Source: an uncultured Chloroflexia bacterium
GTDB lineage: Bacteria; Chloroflexota; Limnocylindria; Limnocylindrales; CSP1-4
Reading direction: 5' to 3'
Assembly: GCA_963781845.1 (NCBI GenBank)
Contig: CAWAHN010000009.1
Coordinates: 140,741-204,740, forward strand
Length of the DNA: 64,000 bases
Below the pieces are notes generated by a model. It saw nothing but the letters and a program-made list of their open reading frames with translations. It searched no databases and was not told where the DNA came from. The translations under genes were made by a program, and so were the position numbers. Positions 8,990 through 19,236 of the stretch are shown here, in pieces. Position 1 is the first letter of the stretch. Every line of letters begins with the position of its first letter.

Positions 8990-10912
8990 TCAGATCGGCG
9001 CGGGGTTCGGGGTCGGGGAGGGTCCCGGATCGGTCTCGCCGGGAGCGATGATCTCCGCGGCCAGCCCGTGGGTGTTCTCCTTCGGCGGGAGATCGCTGAA
9101 CAGGGCCTCGAAGTCCGGGCTGTCGACGGTCTCCTCGGCGACCAGCTTCTCGGCCAGGGCCTCGAGCTTGGACCGGTGGGTGATCAGGGTGTCCATCGCC
9201 CGCTCGTAGGCGCGATCGATGATCGCCCGGACCTCCTCGTCGATCGTCTTGGCGACGTCGTCCGAGTAGTTCCGCTGCTCGCCGATCTCGCGTCCGAGGA
9301 ACACGAGCTCGTCGCGCTTGCCGAACGACAATGGCCCGAGCCGATCGCTCATGCCGTACTCGGTGACCATCCGGCGCGCCCGGTCGGTCGCCTTCTCGAT
9401 GTCGTTCGACGAGCCGGTCGTGGTGTCGCCGAAGATCAGCCGCTCGGCGGCGTTCCCGCCGAGCATCCCGGCGATCTCGTCCTCGAACTCGGTCTTGCTC
9501 TTGAGGTAGCGGTCCTCGCTGGGCAGCCCCATCGTGTAGCCGAGGGCCATCCCGCGGCTGATGATGGTGACCTTCTGGACCGGGTCGCACTTCGGCAGGA
9601 CGCGCATGACGACGGCGTGACCGCCCTCGTGGAACGCGATGATCTTCTTCTCGGCGTCGCTGATCACGCGGCTGCGCCGCTCCGGGCCGGCGACGATCCG
9701 CTCGAGGGCTTCCTGGAACTCCGACATGCCGATCAGCTTCTTGTTCCGGCGGGCCGACAGGATGGCCGCCTCGTTGACGAGGTTGGCCAGGTCGGCGCCC
9801 GAGAAGCCGGGCGACTGCTTGGCGATCCCCTCGACGTCGACCGACTTGTCGAGCGGCTTGCCCTTGGTGTGGACGTTGAGGATGGCCGTTCGGCCCCGGA
9901 TGTCCGGGCGGTCGAGGATCACCTGGCGGTCGAACCGGCCCGGGCGCAACAGCGCCGGGTCGAGGACGTCCGGTCGGTTGGTGGCGGCCACCACGATGAC
10001 GTTGGTGTTCGTGTCGAACCCGTCCATCTCGACGAGGATCTGGTTGAGGGTCTGCTCGCGCTCGTCGTGCGAACCGCCGAGGCCGGCGCCGCGCTGGCGG
10101 CCGACCGCATCGATCTCATCCACGAACACGATGCACGGGCTGTTCCGCTTGGCCTGATCGAACAGGTCGCGGACGCGGCTGGCGCCGACGCCCACGAACA
10201 TCTCGACGAACTCGGAACCCGAGATCGAGAAGAACGGCACCCCGGCCTCACCGGCGACCGCCCGCGCCATCAGGGTCTTGCCCGTGCCGGGAGGACCGAC
10301 CAGCAGGACGCCGCGCGGGATGCGGGCCCCGAGCGAGTTGAACTTCTCGGGGTACTTCAGGAACTCGACGACCTCCTGGAGCTCGGTCTTCGCCTCGTCG
10401 ACGCCGGCGACGTCGTTGAACGTCACGACCGTCTTGTTGCCGAGGAACATCCGGGCCCGGCTCTTGCCGAAGCTCATCGCCTGGTTATTGGTGCCCTGGG
10501 CCTGTCGCATCATGAACAGGATGAAGCCGACGATCACGATCAGCGGCAGCAGGCCGGTGATCAGGATCCCGAGCCACGAGGTATCCGGCACGGGCTTCGC
10601 CTTGTAGATGTCGTTCGGAAGGGTCAGGCCGGTCGTCTTGGCGGCCGCCTGCATGTCGGTCGGGTAGACGACCGTCAGGAGGCTCGGGACCGTGACCGTG
10701 TAGGTGTCGTTCGTGTCGGTCTTGGTGACCGTCAGGGTCTCCTGCTGCTGTTCGACCGACTTGACCTTGCCGGCGGCGACGTCGGCCAGGAACTGGGAAT
10801 AGCCGACTTGGGTGCTGGGGGTGCTGCTGCTGAGCCACGTCCACAGGAGCGCGAGCGTCCCGACGATCAGGACAAGCATCACGATCCCGTTCCGGGCGAA
10901 CTTCGCGTTCAA
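8990..10912 (-). CDS. ftsH: ATP-dependent zinc metalloprotease FtsH
   Basis: Motifs: [17 protein letters not shown], the SRH region, and the zinc site FHEGGHAVV. It has two N-terminal TM helices. The TTG at 10912 with GGAGG 9 nt upstream is the only canonical start before TM1, because the upstream part of the ORF runs into the tRNA. Confidence 0.93.
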   Translation of the reverse strand: MNAKFARNGIVMLVLIVGTLALLWTWLSSSTPSTQVGYSQFLADVAAGKVKSVEQQQETLTVTKTDTNDTYTVTVPSLLTVVYPTDMQAAAKTTGLTLPNDIYKAKPVPDTSWLGILITGLLPLIVIVGFILFMMRQAQGTNNQAMSFGKSRARMFLGNKTVVTFNDVAGVDEAKTELQEVVEFLKYPEKFNSLGARIPRGVLLVGPPGTGKTLMARAVAGEAGVPFFSISGSEFVEMFVGVGASRVRDLFDQAKRNSPCIVFVDEIDAVGRQRGAGLGGSHDEREQTLNQILVEMDGFDTNTNVIVVAATNRPDVLDPALLRPGRFDRQVILDRPDIRGRTAILNVHTKGKPLDKSVDVEGIAKQSPGFSGADLANLVNEAAILSARRNKKLIGMSEFQEALERIVAGPERRSRVISDAEKKIIAFHEGGHAVVMRVLPKCDPVQKVTIISRGMALGYTMGLPSEDRYLKSKTEFEDEIAGMLGGNAAERLIFGDTTTGSSNDIEKATDRARRMVTEYGMSDRLGPLSFGKRDELVFLGREIGEQRNYSDDVAKTIDEEVRAIIDRAYERAMDTLITHRSKLEALAEKLVAEETVDSPDFEALFSDLPPKENTHGLAAEIIAPGETDPGPSPTPNPAPI

Positions 10913-11098
10913 GAAGAATGGCCTCCGGGTCGAGCGGGACTGACCGACGCTCGACGCGTCGGCCGTGCGACGAGTATAGCGCTCGGTCCCGGGATGACCC
11001 GATGACCGATGGCTACCGCCGCTCGTCCATCTGTACGGGCCGGAACGCCCGACGGATCGACCGACGCACGGCTGGCCCCGGAGAGCGCGGTGAGGGGT

Positions 11099-11173
11099 TG
11101 GTAGCGGAGGGCGGATTTGAACCACCGACCAAGGGCTTATGAGTCCCCTGCTCTACCACTGAGCTACTCCGCC
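11099..11173 (-). tRNA. tRNA-Met, anticodon CAT (elongator-like; an Ile2/lysidine identity is not excluded)
   Basis: 75-nt cloverleaf read by hand: GGCGGAG-TA-GCTC-AGTGGTA-GAGC-A-GGGGA-CTCATAA-GCCCT-TGGTC-GGTGG-TTCAAAT-CCGCC-CTCCGCT-A-CCA. The CCA end is genome-encoded. Confidence 0.9.
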
Positions 11174-11274
11174 ACGCGTTCACCGACGATCCGTCGCGGG
11201 TCGTGGCCTCCTCAGGATATCGATGCTCGCCCGGCCCGGCAACCGTCGGAGACCGGCTGGCGGCCGACCGCGCG

Positions 11275-11799
11275 TCAGCGCGTCGGGCCGAACAGCAGGT
11301 CGAGCCAGACGTCGATCGGCGCGGTGCGGGCGGGACTGGCCCCGAGTCGGACGCCGGCGGACCCGGGGGCGTCCGCCGGGAGCGGGGAAGCGTCGGGCCC
11401 GAGGGCGAATGTGCGCTCGCCCTTGCCCCCGAGGCCGTTGGCCCGCGCCTGCTGCTCGACGAACGACGGCTGCTGGACGAGCTCGAGCTCCTGCTGGAGA
11501 TCCTCGACCTGGCTGGCGAGGCCGGCGTTGTCGAGTCGCAGCCGGTCCGCTCGATCGGCCGCCGCGCCCGCGTCGCCGACCTGACGCGCGAACACGGACA
11601 CGATCCAGATCGAGACGACGGCCGCCAGGATCCAGGCGACCCGCCGACGGGTGATACCGGCGATCGACAGACCACCGAGGTCGGGTCCGGCGGAACGCGG
11701 GCGAGGATCGGGTCGGGTGGCGGGGGTCGGGCGCTCGGGTCGGTCGTCCGGGCCCGACGGTTCGGGTCCCCGGTCGCTCGGGAGGTCCATCGGGGCCAC
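11275..11799 (-). CDS. septum-formation initiator (FtsB/DivIC-like) protein
   Basis: Pro/Arg-rich N-terminus, then a single TM helix (VAWILAAVVSIWIVSVF), then a coiled coil (RLRLDNAGLASQVEDLQQELELVQQPSF). The start is either GTG 11799 or ATG 11790. Confidence 0.7.
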   Translation of the reverse strand: MAPMDLPSDRGPEPSGPDDRPERPTPATRPDPRPRSAGPDLGGLSIAGITRRRVAWILAAVVSIWIVSVFARQVGDAGAAADRADRLRLDNAGLASQVEDLQQELELVQQPSFVEQQARANGLGGKGERTFALGPDASPLPADAPGSAGVRLGASPARTAPIDVWLDLLFGPTR

Positions 11800-11928
11800 C
11801 CTGAGCTGCCGCCAGCTGGGCTGTCAAATCGTCCCGCTGTGCCACCCGAGCTGTCATCGCCTCGCGAGACGGTGCGCTACACTCTGGTCGCTTTCGCACA
11901 TCCGTTCGATATCGAGGAGGCCGGCACC

Positions 11929-14268
11929 ATGCGCCGCTACGCACCCGCATCGGTGGTCTCGGTCCTCGACGACCTCCTCGACGAGCCGTCGTTCGCGGCC
12001 GGCGTCCTGCACCATCGGGTCATCCCCGCCCGGGCGGCGGTCACCGCTCCCCTCCCCGACTGGCTCGACCCCCGGATCGGAGCCGCCCTCGCGACGCGCG
12101 GGATCGGCGAGCTGTACACCCACCAGGCAGCCGCCATCGATGCGGTCCGCGCCGGCGAGGACGTGGTGGTCGTCACGCCGACCGCGTCGGGCAAGACCCT
12201 GTGCTACGCCCTACCCACGCTCCAGGCTCTCGCCGACGATCCCTCGGCCCGGGCGCTCTACCTGTTCCCGACGAAGGCGCTCGGCCAGGACCAGGTGGCG
12301 GAGTTCTCGGAGCTCGCCCGGGCCTCCGGCCTGGCCGTCTCGGCGGCGACCTACGACGGGGACACCCCGGCCCCCATCCGCTCGGCGATCCGGACCGCAG
12401 GGCAGGTCGTCGTCACCAACCCCGACATGCTCCACGCCGCGATCCTGCCCAACCACACGAAGTGGTTCCAGCTCTTCGAGCAGCTCCGGGTCATCGTGAT
12501 CGACGAGCTCCACTCCTATCGCGGCGTCTTCGGCAGTCACGTCGCCAATGTGCTGCGCCGCCTCCTTCGGATCTGCGCGCACTACGGCTCGCATCCCGTG
12601 ATCGTCTGCTGCTCGGCGACCATCGGCAACCCGGGCGATCTCGCCCGGACCCTGACCGGCCGGACGGCCCGGCTCGTCGACCGGAACGGTGCGCCGTCCG
12701 GCGAGCGGCACCTGCTGTTCGTCGAGCCACCGCTGCTCGATGCGGCGACCGGTGCGCGCGGCTCGGCGCTCACGGTCGCCGATCGCTGGGCGCTGCCCTT
12801 CCTCCGCGCCGGACGCCAGACCGTGGTCTTCGGTCGGTCGCGGACCGCCGTCGAGATCCTCCTGACCGGGTTGCGCGAAGCCCTCCGCGAGGGCGCCGGG
12901 CCTCGCTCGCGCGTCCGCGGGTATCGCGGCGGCTACCTGCCCAGCGAGCGCCGGTCGATCGAGCGCGGCCTGCGCGACGGCGAGGTCCTCGGTGTGGTCA
13001 GCACCAACGCGCTCGAGCTCGGGGTGGACATCGGTCGGCTCGACGTCGCCATCCTGGCCGGCTATCCGGGTTCGATCGCGGCGACCTGGCAGCAGTTCGG
13101 TCGCGCCGGCCGGCGCCAGGGGGTGAGCGTGGGCGTGCTGGTCGCCTCCGGCTCGCCGGTCGATCGGTACGTGGTGGGTCATCCTGAGTTCCTGCTCGAC
13201 GGTGCCCCGGAGGAGGCCCGTCTCGACCCGGACAACCTCCACGTCCTGCTGGCGCATCTCAAGGCGGCCGCGTTCGAGCTCCCGTTCGAGCCCGGCGAGA
13301 TGTTCGGCCCGGCACCGGCCGACGACCTTCTTGCCTTCCTCGCCGAGGAGGGTCACGTCCGACAGGCCGGGGACGGCCGCTGGTACTGGTCGAGCGAGAA
13401 CTTCCCCGCGTCCGAGGTCTCGCTGAGGACCGCCGCCCAGGAGAACGTCGTGATCGTGGATACGACGCCGGACCGGCCCAAGGTCATCGGCGAGGTCGAC
13501 CTGTTCAGCGCCCAGACCCTGGTCCACGAGGACGCGATCTATCTCCACGAGTCGGTCCAGTTCCACGTGGACACCCTCGACTGGGGCGAGCGCAAGGCCT
13601 ATGTCCGACGGGTCGACGTCGACCACTACACCCAGGCCGACCGCGCCGTGACGCTCAAGCCGCTCGACGTCTTCGCCGAGGCCCCCATGACCGGCGGACG
13701 ACGGGTCCACGGCGAGGTGATGGTCGCGAGCCTGGCGACGATCTACAAGAAGCTCAAGTTCGTCACCAACGAGAACATCGGCTGGGGCCGGATCCACCTA
13801 CCCGAGATCGAGCTCCAGACGACGGCCGCCTGGATCGTCATCGACCCGGATGTCAGCGATGTCGGGCCCGGCGGCGGATGGCGCCGCGACGAGCTGGACG
13901 TCGCCCTGGTCGGAGCCGGGCGAGCGATCCAGACCGTCGCGAGCGTGCTGCTGATGGTCGACCCGCGCGACCTCGGGCTGGTGACCCAGGTCCGAAGTCC
14001 GCACCAGGAGGCGCCCACGATCTACCTCTACGAGGCCGTACCCGGCGGTGTCGGGCTCGCCGAACGGCTGTTCGGGCGGACGGACGAGCTCGTGGACGGT
14101 GCGGCCGAGCTGATCGCCGGCTGCGAGTGCGACGGCGGCTGCCCCACCTGCACCGGTCCGCGTCTCGAACCGGACCTGGATGCGAAGGCGCTCGCGCTGC
14201 GACTCCTCGATGCGCTCGGGGCGGACCTCCCGCAGGCCCAGCGGATCGGCGCCGGCCCGCCGCGATGA
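11929..14268 (+). CDS. mrfA: DEXH-box helicase with C-terminal DUF1998 zinc domain (MrfA/YprA-like)
   Basis: ATG at 11929 with GAGGAGG 8 nt upstream. Motif I is TPTASGKT, motif II is VIDELHSY, followed by CCSAT and QQFGRAGRR. The C-terminus carries CECDGGCPTC. Confidence 0.85.
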   Translation: MRRYAPASVVSVLDDLLDEPSFAAGVLHHRVIPARAAVTAPLPDWLDPRIGAALATRGIGELYTHQAAAIDAVRAGEDVVVVTPTASGKTLCYALPTLQALADDPSARALYLFPTKALGQDQVAEFSELARASGLAVSAATYDGDTPAPIRSAIRTAGQVVVTNPDMLHAAILPNHTKWFQLFEQLRVIVIDELHSYRGVFGSHVANVLRRLLRICAHYGSHPVIVCCSATIGNPGDLARTLTGRTARLVDRNGAPSGERHLLFVEPPLLDAATGARGSALTVADRWALPFLRAGRQTVVFGRSRTAVEILLTGLREALREGAGPRSRVRGYRGGYLPSERRSIERGLRDGEVLGVVSTNALELGVDIGRLDVAILAGYPGSIAATWQQFGRAGRRQGVSVGVLVASGSPVDRYVVGHPEFLLDGAPEEARLDPDNLHVLLAHLKAAAFELPFEPGEMFGPAPADDLLAFLAEEGHVRQAGDGRWYWSSENFPASEVSLRTAAQENVVIVDTTPDRPKVIGEVDLFSAQTLVHEDAIYLHESVQFHVDTLDWGERKAYVRRVDVDHYTQADRAVTLKPLDVFAEAPMTGGRRVHGEVMVASLATIYKKLKFVTNENIGWGRIHLPEIELQTTAAWIVIDPDVSDVGPGGGWRRDELDVALVGAGRAIQTVASVLLMVDPRDLGLVTQVRSPHQEAPTIYLYEAVPGGVGLAERLFGRTDELVDGAAELIAGCECDGGCPTCTGPRLEPDLDAKALALRLLDALGADLPQAQRIGAGPPR

Positions 14269-15614
14269 GCGACGCGAACCGGCTGGGACGCCGGCTGGCC
14301 GACCTGCGACGGCAGCGGGACGAGGCCGCCCGGTCCGGCCGCCAGCCGCCGCGACCCGACCGCAGCACCCTCGTCCGATCGAGCGACGATCTCGCTCGGC
14401 GCCTTGCGCAGGCGGTCGACGGTGAGTGGATCCACGGACCGGCCGGCGGATACGTCCGGGTCGAACCTCCCTCCCACCCGCTCCCGGTCGACCGCGACCG
14501 GCTCGCCGGGTTGCCCGGCGCCGCACCCGCCGACGTCCCGCTGGTCTGCCTCGATACGGAGACGACCGGCCTGGCCACCGGCGCGGGGACCGTGGCGTTC
14601 CTCGTCGGGTTCGGCACCTGGCAGGGCGACCGGTTCCGCCAGGTCCAGCTGCTGATGCCCGACCACGCCGACGAGCCCGCGATGCTCGACGCACTCGCCC
14701 TCGAGATCCCGGCCGACGCCTGGCTGGTGACGTACAACGGCCGCGGGTTCGACTGGCCGCTCCTCGTCAGCCGCTACCGGATGAGCCGGCGGGCAGCGCC
14801 GGTCCACGCCGGCCATCTCGACCTGCTCCCGTTCGTCCGGCGCATCTATCGCCATCGCCTCACCGACGCCCGGCTCCGGACGGTCGAGTCGGAGCTCCTC
14901 GGCATCGCCCGGGGACGGGACGTGGACGGTTGGGAGATCCCGGGCCGCTACCTCGACTTCCTCCGAGGTGGCTCCGCCGACGGGCTCGCCGAGGTCGTCC
15001 GGCATAACCACGAGGATGTCCGCTCGCTGGCCCGACTGCTCGCCCACGCCGAGGCGAGGCTGGGAGGTCGGGCCGACCGTCGCCTGGCACCGGCCGGCGA
15101 CCTCGCCGGCCTCGCTCGTGCGTACCGCCGCCTCGGCCGCTCGGAAGAGGCGCTCGACTGCCTGGAGATCGCGCTCGAGACCGGTCCGGCCCGGCGCTCA
15201 CCGATCCGGTCGTGGACCGCCCTGCTGACCACCCGCGCCGATGCCCTCGACCCCGGAGCGCCGACCGCGCACGACGACCGGGATGGGCTCCTGGCGGACC
15301 GGGCACGACTCCTCCGCCGGGTCGGTCGCGACGACGACGCGCTGGCGGCCTGGCACGACATCGCCCTCGGCGGCGGGATGTGGGCCGGGGTCGGCTGGAT
15401 CGAAGTAGCCAAGATCCTCGAGCATCGGCGCCGTGACCCCGCGGCTGCCCTCGAGGCGTGCGATCGCGCCGACCGCATCGCCGAGCGGGCCCGGTTCCTC
15501 GGCCGCCGGCTGCCGCTCCTCGAAGCGGATCTCGCCCGTCGCCGCCGCCGGCTCGTTCGGAAGTCGGGCGATCGTCGCACCCGCTCCCCGGAGTCGGTCG
15601 CGATCCCGGCCTGA
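14265..15614 (+). CDS. mrfB: RNase-H-fold (DnaQ-like) exonuclease with helical C-terminal repeats (MrfB/YprB-like)
   Basis: ATGA overlap with the mrfA stop. Motifs: LVCLDTETTGL, TYNGRGFDWPLL, HNHEDVRSL. The C-terminus is TPR-like. Confidence 0.75.
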   Translation: MSDANRLGRRLADLRRQRDEAARSGRQPPRPDRSTLVRSSDDLARRLAQAVDGEWIHGPAGGYVRVEPPSHPLPVDRDRLAGLPGAAPADVPLVCLDTETTGLATGAGTVAFLVGFGTWQGDRFRQVQLLMPDHADEPAMLDALALEIPADAWLVTYNGRGFDWPLLVSRYRMSRRAAPVHAGHLDLLPFVRRIYRHRLTDARLRTVESELLGIARGRDVDGWEIPGRYLDFLRGGSADGLAEVVRHNHEDVRSLARLLAHAEARLGGRADRRLAPAGDLAGLARAYRRLGRSEEALDCLEIALETGPARRSPIRSWTALLTTRADALDPGAPTAHDDRDGLLADRARLLRRVGRDDDALAAWHDIALGGGMWAGVGWIEVAKILEHRRRDPAAALEACDRADRIAERARFLGRRLPLLEADLARRRRRLVRKSGDRRTRSPESVAIPA

Positions 15615-15641
15615 GCTGCCCTCCGGCGATCGGGGGACCCC

Positions 15642-16427
15642 TCAGGCGTCGACCTCGGCTCGCACACGGACCGCGACGTGGGGCTGATCCGAGTCGAGCA
15701 GATCGACCGCCAGCGCGAGCGCCCGTCGGACGGCGGAGGGACGATCGCGCGTCCCGGCGCCGACCATGAGCCCGGCCCCGCGCAGCTCGGCCAGCCGTCG
15801 CGGAGTCAGCGCGCGACCGAGCAGCGCCGCGCCGTCCGCCTGCGCCGCGCGAGTCAGCTCGACGGCGGGACCCGCTCGGAGGTCGTCGCTGTCGAGGAGG
15901 AGCACCGTCACGATGTCGGGCACGGCGGCGCGAGCCGCGCGGAGCTCGTCCGCCGAGAACCCGCAGATCGCCAACCGATCGGCAGCCGCCGATGTCGCGA
16001 TCCGGCGGGCGAGCGGTCCACCGGTCCGCGGGCCCTTGGCCTCGAGGATCGCGCCGAGTGGCGGAATGCCTTCGATCCATTCCAGGAAGCCGTCGAGCGT
16101 CGGGATCCGCTCGCCGGCGAACCTGTCACCGAACCACGAGCCGGCGTCGAGGCGGGCGAGCTCATCCGGGCGCTGCCCGGCGACCGCCCCGGAACCGTCG
16201 GTCGTCCGATCGAGGGTGTCGTCGTGGACCAGCACCAGCGTCCCGTCGAGGGCGGTTCGGACATCGGTCTCGACGTAGTCGACGCCCGCCGATCGAGCCG
16301 CCTCGAAGCCGGCGAAGGTGTTCTCGGGGGCGAGCGCATTCGCGCCTCGGTGGCCGCCGATCCAGGTCCTGTCAGGACGATGCCAATCCATCGGATCCCA
16401 CTCCGATCCCGCGCTCGTGGAGGCCAC
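15642..16427 (-). CDS. glycerophosphodiester phosphodiesterase
   Basis: Motifs: GGHRGANALAPENT, YVETDV, LVLVHDDTLDRTT. The start is GTG 16427 or ATG 16391. Confidence 0.85.
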   Translation of the reverse strand: MASTSAGSEWDPMDWHRPDRTWIGGHRGANALAPENTFAGFEAARSAGVDYVETDVRTALDGTLVLVHDDTLDRTTDGSGAVAGQRPDELARLDAGSWFGDRFAGERIPTLDGFLEWIEGIPPLGAILEAKGPRTGGPLARRIATSAAADRLAICGFSADELRAARAAVPDIVTVLLLDSDDLRAGPAVELTRAAQADGAALLGRALTPRRLAELRGAGLMVGAGTRDRPSAVRRALALAVDLLDSDQPHVAVRVRAEVDA

Positions 16428-16444
16428 GATGATATCGCCGGTCG

Positions 16445-16471
16445 GTCGTCGGTCGACCGCTGACCGACGAC
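16445..16471. promoter_or_regulatory. inverted repeat in divergent GDPD/GntR intergenic region
   Basis: GTCGTCGGTC-n7-GACCGACGAC is a perfect 10-bp inverted repeat and a candidate operator. Confidence 0.3.
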
Positions 16472-16496
16472 GTGCCAGGGTGTAGAGTCACCGGGT

Positions 16497-16519
16497 CTCG
16501 ACCGGGTCCGACGGTCGAG
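16497..16519. promoter_or_regulatory. second inverted repeat just upstream of the GntR gene
   Basis: CTCGACCG-n7-CGGTCGAG is a perfect 8-bp inverted repeat, 21 nt before the GTG at 16540. Confidence 0.3.
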
Positions 16520-16539
16520 GTGGGCATGGAGGATGACCC

Positions 16540-17316
16540 GTGGACCGCCCGCCGCTCAGCCCACCCACCGACCCGTCCGCGGCGTCCCGGATCGACGAGC
16601 GCGGGCGACCGGCGCCGACGCTCGAGCAGGCGGCGTTCACGGACCTCCCGGCGCTGCCCGCCCCACGCCGTCTGGTCGAGGATGCCGCCGACATCCTCCG
16701 CGACCGCATCCTGGCCGGCGTCCTGGTCAAGGGCACCCACCTGGTCGAAGCCAAGATCGCCGCACAGCTCAACGTCAGCCGCGGGACCGTTCGCGAGGCA
16801 TTCAGCATCCTCGCGGCGGAAGGGCTGATCGTCGAGGGCTCCCGCCGCGGAGCGTTCGTCGTCAGCCTGACCGAGGCCGACGTCCGCGAGATCTACGACG
16901 TGCGCGCAGCCGTCGAAGGGCGGGCCGCGCAGCTCATCGTCCGCCGCGGTCGACCTTCCGACCTGGCGGAGCTCGAGGGGATCGTCGGGGCGATGGAGAT
17001 CGCCGCTCGGGCCGGGGACAGGGCCACCGTCCGGCGGCAGGATCTCGAGTTCCACGAGCGAGTGTGCCTCCTCAGCGGGAACCGACGTCTGCACGAAGTG
17101 TTCCTGCGCCACGTTCCTGCCGTCCAGACCCTGATCCGACACGACGATCGACTCCTCGCCGGCGAGGCGACGACGGCGCAGCATCGGCCGCTGCTGGATG
17201 CCCTCCGCAGCGGGGACCCGGAGGCGGCGGGGCGCGCCTTCCAGCAGCACTGTGACGAGGCTCGCGACCTGGTCGCCCCGTACTTCGACCGGACCGAGGA
17301 CGCGACCGGCCGATGA
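16540..17316 (+). CDS. GntR-family regulator, FadR-type (FCD) C-terminal domain
   Basis: The HTH is EAKIAAQLNVSRGTVREAFSILAAEGLI. The all-helical C-terminus carries DLEFHERV and AQHRPLLDAL. Its stop overlaps the permease ATG (ATGA). Confidence 0.85.
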   Translation: MDRPPLSPPTDPSAASRIDERGRPAPTLEQAAFTDLPALPAPRRLVEDAADILRDRILAGVLVKGTHLVEAKIAAQLNVSRGTVREAFSILAAEGLIVEGSRRGAFVVSLTEADVREIYDVRAAVEGRAAQLIVRRGRPSDLAELEGIVGAMEIAARAGDRATVRRQDLEFHERVCLLSGNRRLHEVFLRHVPAVQTLIRHDDRLLAGEATTAQHRPLLDALRSGDPEAAGRAFQQHCDEARDLVAPYFDRTEDATGR

Positions 17317-18281
17317 GCGCTCGGTCGGTCGGAGCGACGAGACGACGCCGGCGGTGGCCCGTGCTCAGCCGCGGCGAACGCCGCAACCTGGCGATCGGCC
17401 TGGCCTTCATCTCGCCGTGGCTCATCGGGTTCGTGTGCTTCTATCTCTACCCTGCCCTCGCCTCGCTGTACTACAGCTTCACGGACTTCCGGATCCTCCA
17501 GGAACCGAGCTTCATCGGCCTGGAGAACTACAGCCGGATGGTGAACGATCCGATCTTCTGGAAGTCGCTGGCCAATACGCTGTACCTGACCCTGCTCGGG
17601 GTGCCGCTGGCGATCATCACCGCGCTCGGGATCGCCCTGCTGCTGAATACCAAGAGCATCCGCGGGATCGGCATCTTCCGCACGATCTTCTACCTGCCGG
17701 TCGTCGTCCCGTCGGTCGCGGCAGCCATCCTCTGGATCTGGCTCCTCAACCCCCAGTACGGGCTGGTCAACGAGTTCCTGGCCAGGTTCGGGATCGAGGG
17801 ACCCAAGTGGTTCTACGACCCCGACTGGTCGAAGAACGGGATCATCCTGATGACCGTCTGGGCCGCGGGCGACGTCGTGATCATCTACCTCGGCGCGCTC
17901 CAGGGCGTGTCGAAGTCCCTCTACGAGGCCGCCGAGGTCGACGGCGCCGGGGCATGGGCGAAGCTTCGGAACGTCACCATCCCGATGATCAGCCCGGCCA
18001 TCCTGTTCAACCTGATCACCGGCGCGATCGGCGCCTTCCAGTACTTCACCCAGGCCTACGTCGTCAGCGAGGGAACGGTCGGGCGCGGCAGCGGCGCCGT
18101 CGGCGGGATCCAGAACTCGCTGCTGTTCTACGGCCTCAACCTGTACAACAACGCCTTCCGCTACTTCCGGGTCGGCTACGCCTCCGCGCTCGCCTGGGTC
18201 TTGCTCCTGATCATCCTGATCACGACCCTGGTGATGCTGCGGGCGTCACGCAACCGGGTCTACTACGAGGGCAACCGGTGA
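17313..18281 (+). CDS. carbohydrate-type ABC transporter permease (MalF/UgpA-like)
   Basis: Six predicted TM helices. The EAA-loop-like segment is LYEAAEVDGAGAWAKLRNVTIP. Confidence 0.9.
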   Translation: MSARSVGATRRRRRWPVLSRGERRNLAIGLAFISPWLIGFVCFYLYPALASLYYSFTDFRILQEPSFIGLENYSRMVNDPIFWKSLANTLYLTLLGVPLAIITALGIALLLNTKSIRGIGIFRTIFYLPVVVPSVAAAILWIWLLNPQYGLVNEFLARFGIEGPKWFYDPDWSKNGIILMTVWAAGDVVIIYLGALQGVSKSLYEAAEVDGAGAWAKLRNVTIPMISPAILFNLITGAIGAFQYFTQAYVVSEGTVGRGSGAVGGIQNSLLFYGLNLYNNAFRYFRVGYASALAWVLLLIILITTLVMLRASRNRVYYEGNR

Positions 18282-19153
18282 GGACGGCGGCGGTCGCCTC
18301 GGCCGTCGAGCTCCGGCCGCATCGACGGCGGCGGTTGACGCCGTCGCGCATCGTCGTCTACGGCGTACTGATGGTCCTGGCCGCCCTGTTCGCTGCGCCG
18401 TTCCTGTGGATGGTCTCGACCTCGCTCAAGACCGGCCCCGCGGCCATCGCCACACCGCCGGTCTGGATCCCCGCCGACCCGGTCTGGTCCAACTACCCGA
18501 CCGCCCTGGCCAAGATCAACTTCCCGGTGGCGTTGCGGAACACCCTGTTCTACGCGATCCCGTCGGTCGTGGGGACGGTCGCCTCGTGCTGCCTGGTCGC
18601 CTACGGCTTCTCGCGGGTCAAGTGGCCCGGCCGGGACATCGTGTTCGTGATCCTGCTGGCGACGATGATGCTCAACGACCAGGTCACGTTCATCCCGCTC
18701 TACATCATCTACTCGAAGCTGGGTTGGGTCGGGACGTATCTGCCGCTGATCATCCCGACCTTCCTGGGCAACCCGTTCTTCATCTTCCTGCTCCGCCAGT
18801 TCTTCCTGGGGATCCCGACCGAGCTGTCCGATGCCGCCCGGATCGACGGCGCGAGCGACCTTCGGATCCTGCTCCGGATCATCGTCCCCCTGTCCTGGCC
18901 GGCGATCATCACGGTCGCCCTGTTCACCTTCATCGACAAGTGGACCGACTTCTTCAAACCGCTCATCTATCTGCGCGACCCGGCGCTCCAGCCGCTGTCG
19001 CTGGCGATCCAGACCTTCCAGTCCGCGCACAAGACCGATTGGCCCCTGTCGATGGCCGCGTCGGTCGCGATCACGGCGCCGCTCGTCGTCCTCTACTTCT
19101 TCGCCCAACGCAAGTTCATCGAGGGCATCACCCTCACCGGCGTCAAGGGCTGA
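18278..19153 (+). CDS. carbohydrate-type ABC transporter permease (MalG/UgpE-like)
   Basis: GTGA overlap with the upstream stop. The EAA loop is LSDAARIDGASDLRILLRIIVP. Confidence 0.9.
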   Translation: MRTAAVASAVELRPHRRRRLTPSRIVVYGVLMVLAALFAAPFLWMVSTSLKTGPAAIATPPVWIPADPVWSNYPTALAKINFPVALRNTLFYAIPSVVGTVASCCLVAYGFSRVKWPGRDIVFVILLATMMLNDQVTFIPLYIIYSKLGWVGTYLPLIIPTFLGNPFFIFLLRQFFLGIPTELSDAARIDGASDLRILLRIIVPLSWPAIITVALFTFIDKWTDFFKPLIYLRDPALQPLSLAIQTFQSAHKTDWPLSMAASVAITAPLVVLYFFAQRKFIEGITLTGVKG

Positions 19154-19236
19154 GAGGAGGTCGCCGGGGACGCCCCAGTCTGCCAGGCTCCCGCTCGACG
19201 CTCGTCGACGGGCCATCGAAGGAGGAGGAACGATCC

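Noticed and set aside
7449-9590. 713-aa version of the M20 dipeptidase ORF
   Set aside because: The N-terminal 250 residues overlap ftsH antisense and are Arg/Pro-rich. The ATG at 8834, with GGAGG upstream, gives a normal 461-aa M20 enzyme.
467-11005. Multiple long overlapping ORFs, including 467-2278(-), 913-2481(+), 3624-5801(-) and 8858-11005(+)
   Set aside because: Their translations are low-complexity Arg/Gly/Pro/Asp strings with no motifs. Each lies antisense to or out of frame with a gene that has clear family motifs (trpB2, the cyclase-STAND gene, ftsH).
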